From NCBI GenBank assembly GCA_030704615.1, contig JAKLZA010000250.1, positions 1 through 9,000 on the forward strand: a DNA stretch of 9,000 nt, in the 5' to 3' direction. A program made the position numbers and the translations under genes. Below, piece after piece: positions 1 through 8,300 of the stretch (the first letter of the stretch is position 1; every line of letters begins with the position of its first letter). This DNA comes from Takakia lepidozioides (Eukaryota > Plantae > Bryophyta). The notes below the pieces were generated by a model. The model ran no database searches and was not told the DNA's origin. It saw only the letters and a list, made by a program, of their open reading frames with translations.

Positions 1-817
1 GCCCCTCCTACAATCCTTGTCTGCACACACCCTCTCAAAGAACGAGACCATCTTCAGAAACCCAGGGGTGTCGGAAGGCTCTTCGGCAGCCGCCTTTTTC
101 AGTGCTCTGCCCTTCAGACCCTCCATGGTCTTCATGTATGCCAACTTGGCTGCCCGTCCATCCAAAGCCGCCAAGAAACTCTCATTTACACACTGGACTA
201 CTGTATTGGGATCCACTTTCGGCCTCTTCATTTCCACCGGCTCGAAAGGGTGCCCCCCCGGGGGATTGAAGAGTGCCTTCTTTGCCGAGCCAGTTCTCGT
301 CCCTCTCGTGACAACGGTGGGCACAAGGGATTTCGGCTGCGTTTCGGGGGTGGGCTGGTTGCAAAGTCTCCATTGGAGTCCTCTTCCTCACCCTCTTCCT
401 GCACTATCTGTTTCTGCTGTTTTCTTGGGTGTCACAACAACTGCTCCTTGCTGGCGAGTCCGCTTCTTCGACCCCTTTTGTTGAGCCTGCACAGCTGCAT
501 CCACAGTCTTCTGTGCCATCTCAGCTGCCTTTCTGGATTGTTCCAGAGAAGCAGCTTCCTTTGCCGACTCTGGCCGAGCAGGGACACGTCTTTCCTTTCT
601 CTTCTCTTCTGCTTTCGTGTGCAGATCTTTCTTAGACTCGTCAACAATTCCGCCAGACAGGTCCAGGTACCATGGGCATCCAACGAGATGCGCGACATGC
701 CATTGTTTCTGCATCTCGGGTGTGTAGACACAGCTTGAGCCCGCCACGGTCCAAGCCATAAAGAACGGGGGCTCTTGAGCCAGGGCCCCTGTCTGAAGAA
801 GCACGTATTTCATATAC

Positions 818-963
818 CTGCAGGGCAGTCAGCATGCGTGAGCAAAAGTTGAGACCAACGTACTCGCAGAGTGCAACCGAAAACATAAAATGCGAATGCG
901 GTGCCGCATTTCCCAGATAAACCTCATAACCAGGCTTTGCATACAATGACAGCTGGGCTTCAC
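818..963 (-). other. Spliceosomal intron 5 (146 bp, phase 2)
   Basis: Minus strand AG|GTGAAG...GCTGACTGCCCTGCAG|G with a CTGAC branch-point-like motif. Joins ORF 960..1196 to ORF 388..813 in frame. Confidence 0.82.
895..910. repeat. 16-bp palindrome AATGCGG-TG-CCGCATT (copy 1, in intron 5)
   Basis: Perfect 7-bp arms with a 2-nt centre. 895-911 is the exact reverse complement of 2102-2118. Confidence 0.9.
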
Positions 964-1181
964 CTGTAAACAATTCGCATTGCAGCTTTTCCCGCTCCCT
1001 CCTGATGTGTAAACTCCATGCTCCTTCTTGCTGTCTGCAGCTCCCTGGCGAAGAGGTTGTCCTTGTACGCACATCTGAAACGTGTCACGTAGTCTTCCAA
1101 TGTCTGTGTTCCATCCCATTTGACGTACAAGCCAAACGAATTTGTATGCATTACGACTTGCTCCTTCGCATTCGTCATTAC

Positions 1182-1264
1182 CTGCGATTCCCACATGCAT
1201 TGTCACGTAGCAGTTCAGGGAATTCATTTCAGAAAAGCAAATCTGGGGAAGTACCTTGAATTAC
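1182..1264 (-). other. Spliceosomal intron 4 (83 bp, phase 0)
   Basis: Minus strand CAG|GTAATT...AATCGCAG|GTA; leads into the frame of ORF 960..1196. Confidence 0.72.
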
Positions 1265-1393
1265 CTGGAACCTCCAAGTCATGCGGTTGAGCCACACATC
1301 CACTACAAGGTCGGAAACTTCGAGTGGAAAAGACCACATTGTCCTTATACTCTCCGATGCATTCCAGATCGACAGCCGCCGTGTCTGCCATTT

Positions 1394-1465
1394 CTGATCC
1401 AATGTCAGGAGCAGGAAGAAGAGTGGCTATTGCTAGGAAGGAACTTCAGTGCATTGAAACCTCAC
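1394..1465 (-). other. Spliceosomal intron 3 (72 bp, phase 0)
   Basis: Minus strand AAG|GTGAGG...CTCTTCTTCCTGCTCCTGACATTGGATCAG|AAA. The next exon is an open 43 codons. The acceptor position is less certain than for the other introns. Confidence 0.65.
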
Positions 1466-1749
1466 CTTCTCTTTCGTCTCAACACATGCCGTTGAGAGGT
1501 GATGCAGTTTCTCCAACTGCATGGTCGGCTGCATGGCCCGAGAATAGTGTTTTGCAATCTCGGGGATGAAGTCCTTTCCAAGTGCCGGATCTGCAATGGC
1601 CACCAGCTTCACAAGCTTTGACTTGTATTTGTTCTGGACTTGACCCCGGCTTCCTTCAAGTGCTCAGTCAATGACTGCAACGTTTTGACCTGCCCCTCAC
1701 TTTCCATGAAGAAGCGTTTGGCATGGGCCAAATCCAGCTTGATGTTTGA

Positions 1750-1849
1750 CTGCCAACAAAAACATGCAGAAGTGTTACATTCGACTCATGTGGAAAGATT
1801 ACTGAAAATTGGGGAAGGATGAGCAGAGGGAAATGGGAGGACGACTTAC
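1750..1849 (-). other. Spliceosomal intron 2 (100 bp, phase 0)
   Basis: Minus strand AAA|GTAAGT...TTTTTGTTGGCAG|TCA. Confidence 0.8.
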
Positions 1850-2039
1850 TTTGTATATCACCTTCACCATTCCATCCATAGTGAGACGATACCATGTCCG
1901 GTCAGTTTTTGCCACGGCTTTCTGAATGAGCTCGGGCTCCAGCATTTCCGCAAACATGTGCGGATCAGTGAGACCAGTTTTCCTCACCCTGTACAGCATA
2001 TGTGCCATGTGGGTATGCACGTACGCATTTTCAGTGACC

Positions 2040-2151
2040 CTGCAAGGCACACTCTCCAGTTCAGTCCACGGAAGCATGGAAACAAAACAGATTGGAAACC
2101 AAAATGCGGCACCGCATTTCGAACGTGCTTGGGAGGGTATGAGTATCTTAC
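2040..2151 (-). other. Spliceosomal intron 1 (112 bp, phase 2)
   Basis: Minus strand TC|GTAAGA...CCTTGCAG|G. Removal joins ORF 2148..2684 to ORF 1799..2173 in frame. Confidence 0.85.
2102..2119. repeat. 18-bp palindrome AAATGCGG-CA-CCGCATTT (copy 2, in intron 1)
   Basis: Perfect 8-bp arms with a 2-nt centre; same core as 895-910. Confidence 0.9.
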
Positions 2152-2249
2152 GAGTTGAGGTCCGCCATGGCATTCTTGAGCAGGGAGGAGTCTGCCGCCT
2201 TCACCTTGAGGATGACACACTCCACCATGTAATGCCAGCCAATGTGCTT

Positions 2250-2585
2250 GGCATGGTTCTGCTTGATGTACTCCCACCAGGCAAGAAGTCGGTGATTCCC
2301 GTCCCACACAAAGAACATTTTACCCGACATATGGCCGAAGTCTGGATCACCCTTCAGCGTTGCCTCAAATTTGTCGTTGCGAGTGTGCCAGTGGGTATCC
2401 CATGTTGACAATTCATCCGCAGTGGGTCCACGAGATTCGCCGTCCTCATTCTCAAGGGAAACGTAGAAGGCTGGCGAACCTAGACGGTACCCTTCTCGAA
2501 ATGCGAACTTGAGCTTATCCACATCTCCGGGGAGTGCCTGCCTGACGATGGGAAGGGAGACCATGCGACAGAGTGGGATTCGAAG
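2250..2585 (-). CDS. ParB/sulfiredoxin-fold (ParB N-terminal-like) domain within exon 1
   Basis: RIPLCRMVSLPIVRQ..DVDKLKFAFREGY..PAFYVS resembles ParB box I. FFVWDGNHRLLAW (DGNHRLLA at 2303-2280) matches the box II GxxRxxA nucleotide-binding motif. Recognised by eye. Confidence 0.75.
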
Positions 2586-3031
2586 AGTCCGCTGGAATAC
2601 CCTACTACCCAGAACTCTACCAATGCTACTGTGTGTCTCCTCCAACATTGTATCCGCTGCACTTTGGAATTCCTCCGGAGACATTTCTGCTGGTGGCAGT
2701 AGGGGCTGAGCAGCTGGAGCATCCCCAACTGGAGCTGCACTCTGGGGAATCTTTGCTGTAAGAGGGGACTACTTGTGGATCCCAGGAAGACAGAGGCCAT
2801 TAAAGCCTCTCCACCACCAGTAAATGTTAAGAGTCTAAGGAGATTCCTTGGACAAACCAATTATTACAGTAGATTTGTCAAAAGGTATGCACAGATAGCA
2901 GCACCATTGAGCAAGCTTCTGAAGAAAGATGCAGTGTTTGCAACGACAGCTGAATGTCAACAGCTTTTGAGGAACTTACATTGTCAGTAACAACTACACC
3001 CGTGCTGATTAACCCTCACTGGCATGTAGTA

Positions 3032-3391
3032 TTTCATGTTCATTGTGATGCCTCAGGAGAAGCGTTGGGAGCGGTGTTAGCCCAAAATGTTACAAAAAAT
3101 ATAGATTCACCGGTGTACTATGCTAGCAGGTTGATGAACAGTGCTGAAAGGAACTATAGCACAACTAAAAGAGAAACACTGGCAATGATTTATGTAGTCA
3201 AGAAATTCAGGCATTACCTATTGGGAAGAAAGTTTATGTTTTATGTGGATCACCAGGCTCTGATATATCTGGTGAACAAACCTTTGATAAGTGGAAGGAT
3301 AGCAAGGTGGTTAATAATCTTGCACGAGTTTGAGTTCGAAGTTGTTTACAAGCCTGGCCGTTTGCATCTTGTGGCAGATCATTTGTCACGC
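3032..3391 (+). CDS. Ty3/gypsy RNase H domain
   Basis: FHVHCDASGEALGAVLAQ, YYASRLMNSAERNYSTTKRE, FYVDHQAL and VADHLSR provide the D-E-D-D catalytic set. Confidence 0.95.
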
Positions 3392-3685
3392 CTAACAACA
3401 GGAGAGCCCGCCACAGGAGTAGACGACCAATTACCTGATGCGAGTTTATTTGCAATGGAGGTGCAAGGAAGTGCAGATGAATGGTTAGATTGGCAGTGGC
3501 CAATCAGATAGTACCTTAGTCATGGTCAGTGCCCACCTAGTTATGGTAAGGAGCAGAGGAAGAGAATCGCTATCAAGGCTTTACCTTATACTATGATAGG
3601 GGGCAGAATGTATAAGCTAGGACCTGATGGAGTACTTAAACGATGCTTGTACCACCATGAAGTAAATAAAGTTTTGGAGGAAGTT

Positions 3686-4726
3686 CATAAAGGAGTGGCT
3701 GGAGGTCATTTTGGAGAAGAGACTACCAGTAGGAAGATACTACTTGCAGGTTACTGGTGGCCTACTTTGTTCAAAGATGTACACAAGTATTGTCAGAGTT
3801 GTGATGAATGTCAGAGGCTAGGACCTTTGCAGAGATCTAGGAAGATGGCTTTGCATCCTATGATGCCTACTGAACCATTTCAGAAATGGGGACTAGACTT
3901 TGTTGGACCAATTAACCTACCGGCCAAGAATACACAGAACAAGTATATAATTACGGCCACTGATTATACTACGAAGTAGGTGGAAGCTAAAGCTCTGAGG
4001 GACAACACAGCCAAGTCCACAACAAGGTTCCTGTATGAGAACATACTTACCCGATTTGGCTGTCCCTTGGAATTTATCAGTGACCAGGGAAGTCACTTCA
4101 TTAATGAGACCATTGAACTATTGACTAAAGAGTTCATGATTGTGCATAGAAAAAGTACAACGTATTACCCACAGGGTAATGGGCAGGCAGAGGCTACCAA
4201 CAAAATACTATGTACTATCTTGGCTAAGATAGTCAATGCAAACAGAACGGATTGGGATACAAAGCTGCTGACAGCTTTGTGGTCATACAGGACTTCATAT
4301 AAAGTCACCACTAAGTATACACCATTCCAATTAGTTTATGGTATGGAAGCTTTACTTCCAGTGGAATTCTTGTGACCTACCATGAGAACAGAATGGGGAA
4401 AGAGAATGGAATTGGAAGATTCAATTAAGGTCAGGAAACATGAATTATACCTTGTGGAAGAAGTACATGATGATGCAGCTGATAACATGACCAGAATTCA
4501 GATGAAGATGAAGGAACAGTTTGATGAAGGCAAATTAAAGACTTTTAAGACGGGAGATTTGGTTCTCTGGTTGCAGAAGAAAGGGAAGATTAAAGCTTCT
4601 AAGCTTAAATCACCATGGAAGGGACCTTATGTCATACAAAAGATGTATGATAACAACACAGCCATGTTACAAACCATTAACAAAGAGATGCTGGGAAGAG
4701 TCAATGCCAATAAGTTAAAGGGGTAC
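3686..4726 (+). CDS. Integrase (HHCC zinc finger, DD35E core, GPY/F module), interrupted by two stops
   Basis: H(KGVAGG)H...CDEC at 3686-3811; D at 3896 (GLDFVGP); D at 4082 (SDQGSHF); E at 4190 with exactly 35 residues in between; WKGPY at ~4616-4630. Confidence 0.95.
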
Positions 4727-4880
4727 AGTGGTATCTATGACAAACCATTGCAGCACGATTTGCATGTTGAAACGCAAAAGCAGTCACGGGCTGCGCCAGT
4801 GATATCAACGGAGTATGGAGCACTTGTCGCTAAGCCGAGCATATATGACCAGGGCGGGAACTACAGGTGTTCGCATACCT

Positions 4881-4990
4881 ATCACAGCCCATCACAGCGT
4901 GACACAGCCTATCACAGCCCATCACAGCGTTGCACAACCTATCACAACCCATCACAGTGCCACACAGCCTATCACAGCTCAACACAGCCC
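4881..4990 (+). repeat. Tandem array of eleven 10-bp units (consensus ATCACAGCCY) with 30-bp higher-order period
   Basis: atcacagccc atcacagcgt gacacagcct / atcacagccc atcacagcgt tgcacaacct / atcacaaccc atcacagtgc cacacagcct / atcacagctc aacacagccc. In the pol frame it encodes YHSPSQRDTA-like repeats. Confidence 0.95.
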
Positions 4991-5369
4991 ACCGGGTTTA
5001 CACAGTCCATAGGATCAGTGACATGTGGACGTGGGTTAACATCCGGAGAGTGGCCGGCGGAAAAGTGGACGGAGGCAGGTTTAGAAATGGACACGTGGAC
5101 GCCAGGGCGAGACACACAGCCGGACATGAATTGCAAGAACGGGTGTCATCAAGAAGGAAGACAAAATTGGCCGTCAAAGTACCTACCCGGCACGTTAACC
5201 GAAATTTATTGTGGGCCCATTAATGCATACATGGAAAGGGTAACGGAACCCTTTACAAGTACCAAAAGCGAAATCCTTGTCACATGTGCTATCCTAGTAA
5301 ACAGTCCTGGGGGAAAATCCACAGAAGAGAATTAAATTACAAAACCAATCACAGAGCCAACAGCCAATC

Positions 5370-8300
5370 ATGAGCCAGAATTTCCTGCAGAGGGTATTTT
5401 CCAAGAAGCAAGATCAAGAATTTAAAAAAATTATGAGCAAAAGAGTCGGCGTAGTTCCGAGTAACGGGCGTCTCGACAGGGGAGACAATCAAAGCTATAG
5501 CTTTGAAGCTATGGCGGAAATAACAGACTACACGCTCGCCTTACTACTTACGCAGTGGCACAAGGACAGACGAATGGAGAGTACATTTTCTCTAAATCGA
5601 TACTTGCAAGCCCCACAAGCTTACAAGCACTTACCCATTGCATTCTGTGCCAACCATACCTTCATGCTCTGTGCCCTGCAAGCTTTCCTTCAGCTGTTTC
5701 AAACAAATCCTTTATGTTTGTCTAGAATGAGAGTGAGGGGAATGGAGGATATCAGGGTGAAGAGCACGACGATATTGCAGAAGCAAACAATTGCAGCACC
5801 GCAGGCAGTACAGCTGCTAAGGGAGTTGCGATTGGAAGGGCTGCTACACAAGGACTGGTCCTTGCATCATCGGCAGTTCATGATACAATTTCTTCAGAAC
5901 TTTGAGCCTCGGACGGGAGTTACTTAGGTGAGGGGAGTAGATATAGAAATTACTCCCCAGTACCTGTAGCAATTGTTTGATTTGCCATCAGGACATGTGG
6001 ATGTGGATGAGCACAGGGCAAGATTGCAGATAGGGAATTTGTTCCAAGAAGGGAGTTTCTTTAAAACTCAAGGCTACGCTTGTACCAAAGCCGAGTACCC
6101 AGGGCTTAGGGAAGTTGGCCAAATCCAGAACGTTCTGTTTGCCATGAAACAGAACCAACAGTATTTGAGCAGGTCATTCACAGAGGAGATCCTAAAAGCT
6201 TTGAGGGGAGAGGATGTCGCTTGGGCGGAGTTAATGTACAACGGATTGGTGGACGAGATGAAGAGGTTACAGGGCACTGCTGCTAAGTCTCCGATCATTG
6301 TGTCCGGTCCAGTCATTGCCCAAATAATTCTTGATTCTTGCATACTTGATACTCGGGAACGTAAGGAGATGAGAGTGTTTGAGGCAGAAACCACTGCAAT
6401 AGAAGAGCAGGGCTCTTCACACAGTGAGGGTGGACTGGCAGGGCAACACCAGTCTAAGAGACAGAGGCGGGGTATAACTGTAGTGGCGGATCCACTGGCT
6501 TCACGAAAACCGCACGATAATGTTTCCCAAACTCTTGTGCAAGATGGGGCACAACAGCACAGAGAGCAGTTATTATTGGAAGCACAGCCTTCGGAAAGGG
6601 AAGAGGAAGTCACTTCGATACCACAGCCACCACAACCAATTGACTCAGATATTTGGAAGTTCCACAGTTAGTGCATATTGTGACATCACCCCCAATTGCT
6701 CTGGAACGAGAAAGGTTGGACATTCCCACTACAGAGCAGGTCGTGGCCGAAATTGAGAAGGGTGACCTTCTCTATGAAAACTCTGGCTTGGTAAGGGAAT
6801 CAGTGATTCCAGAGGTGCAGCGGTTTTCCAGGGGAAACCCTACTGTGCATGTAATACCCACACCCGTGACGGAGGTACCAGGGGTAGAATATCAAGACAC
6901 TGCAGCACCAGTGGCGGATGAAGTGATTCAGGAAGAAAATCTAGTGGGGCAATGGCCTGAATGGTTGGTGAGGCATCACACTATTGAGGATCAGGGAGAA
7001 CAGTAGCAAGCTCCCCATGAAGACCCTCAGCAGGCCATGCTTATGAGTTCCATAAGCAGAACACTTAATTTGTTGGGCACTTATGTGAAATCCCATGTTC
7101 CATCTACCCAATTGACAGCTTTGAGGGAAGAGCTCAGAAAGGAGTTTGAGGCTCAACTTGCCACTGAGTGTGCAAACAAGGTCGATGAGGAGGTCAATCT
7201 CAAGTTACGGCAAGAGTTAGAAGATACAAAAGCTGCTTTGCAGTTGGCCAAAGAACATTTGATTGAAGCAGGCCTCGCGCAGGACCAGTTGCATGAAGCA
7301 CATAAACAACAGTTATACCAAATGCAGGTGAAGCATGAGGGCAAGTTGCAAGAAGTTAATGCACTACATATAGAGTTGCAGGCAGTACATGAGAGGATGA
7401 CCATACAATGTGCTACACTCACAACTACTCTTGAGCAAACTGCATTAGAAGTTAACAGACAAGGGGAGAGATGTATGAAGGCAGAGGCAGAGACAGTCGA
7501 GCAGGCGAAACTCATTGTTGATATGAAGAATACAATCTGTTGCAATGAGAATACTTTCAAGCAATACAGACAGGTTGAAGCTGACCAAGAGAGGTACATC
7601 CTGGAGTTGCAACAAACGGTCATGGTAAATAGAAATGAACTCTCTGTGGCTAACAAGGCTTGGAAGGAAGCCAATAATCTGGCTGCTGCCTATGCGAGTT
7701 TGGTTGAACCTCATGCGAAGCGCATGGAGGCTTTACAGCAGCAGTTAGATGTGTACAAGCTCACAGAAAAGCAGACTCTCAGGGGTGCCACACACAACTT
7801 GGTGGATAACCACCTTATGCAGGTCTGGTTAGCGCAAGGGCCGGTGGAAGGCAAAGCACCACGGAAGCTCACCCAGGGCGAGATGAATGAGCTCAGACTG
7901 CAGGTGCAGAACATTGCCACAACTACTATAGACAATGTCTATAGTAGGATAGCGGAGCTACAGAGGATGTAGAAGGCCTGCAGACTCAGGTGGATGACCT
8001 GAGTTCAAATATTGACAAGAGAGTCTTTGTACCTGAGGAGCAGCTGATGGCTACTTATTTACAGCCAGAACTCTAATTTTTCAGTCTTCTTCGCAAGGGG
8101 TGCAGGAGATGTCAGTGGTAGAAGGGCCAGTGCTACCAATACCACAACAAGTGACTGTGCAGGTAGCTGACCCTGTTGTTACTACAGCCACACCACAGCC
8201 TGAGGTATGGGGGGATGCTGCTTTTAACCCACCTAAGACTCCTGCTGCACGGGAGTACAGTCGGGCTATGATTATGCCCTTCAACCAAATTCCCATTGTG

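Larger units (their letters stand above)
1..2756 (-). pseudogene. Multi-exon gene (at least 6 exons) encoding a protein with an N-terminal ParB/Srx-like domain; 5' end cut at the retroelement junction, 3' end outside the window; two lesions
   Basis: Exons on the minus strand: ~2756 (Met at 2684)-2152, 2039-1850, 1749-1466, 1393-1265, 1181-964, 817-<1. Spliced joins read DLNS|VTENAY, VIYK|SNIKLD, TKEK|KWQTRR, WRFQ|VMTNAK and IVYR|YMKYVL. Exon 3 is 284 nt between phase-0 sites and needs +1 nt near 1640-1650 (..HLKEA/VQNKYKSKLVKLVAIADPALGKDF..). The TGA at 390-388 lies in GRG*GRG and the frame then stays open to base 1 (..KKALFNPPGGHPFEPVEMKRPKVDP..FERVCADKDCRRG). Confidence 0.85.
2757..5335 (+). 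pseudogene. pol: pol polyprotein fragment (RT C-terminus, RNase H, integrase, C-terminal extension)
   Basis: Begins CKRGLLVDPRKTEAI..RRFLGQTNYYSRFV..IAAPLSKLLKKD. There is a -1 shift near 2960, then a single frame to TAA 5335 interrupted by TAG 3509, TAG 3977 (conserved TKWVEA Trp) and TGA 4373. Confidence 0.95.

Noticed and set aside
17-738. Plus-strand ORFs 17..484, 250..738 and 429..635
   Set aside because: Antisense shadows of minus-strand exon 6. Their Ser/Leu/Cys/Phe-rich composition mirrors the Lys/Glu/Gln codons on the other strand.
2280-2310. Sulfiredoxin or contaminating bacterial parB gene
   Set aside because: It lacks the Srx catalytic Cys (GNHR instead of GCHR) and is much longer. 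Spliceosomal introns and the lack of parA or operon context argue against bacterial DNA.
1926-2761. Plus-strand ORFs upstream of the RT fragment as possible gag, protease or RT N-terminus
   Set aside because: No zinc knuckle, D(S/T)G protease motif or YxDD. They are antisense to the ParB-like exons.
2950-2975. Programmed -1 ribosomal frameshift between RT and RNase H
   Set aside because: No X XXY YYZ slippery heptamer, and this is not a position where Ty3/gypsy elements frameshift. A single missing A restores CQTAFEEL.
4881-4990. CRISPR-like array
   Set aside because: Contiguous 10-bp units with no unique spacers and no cas genes, in a eukaryotic retroelement.
4727-5335. Chromodomain or additional archaeal-type RNase H (Tat lineage)
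   Set aside because: No chromodomain aromatic-cage pattern after GPY. No second RNase H motif set between RH and INT or after INT; the region 5' of RT is not visible.
5967-5975. TAG-CAA-TTG as a programmed readthrough signal (UAG-CARYYA-like)
   Set aside because: The match is imperfect, another TAG without this context lies 14 codons upstream (5925), and both fall inside a conserved-looking domain. Mutational decay is the simpler explanation.
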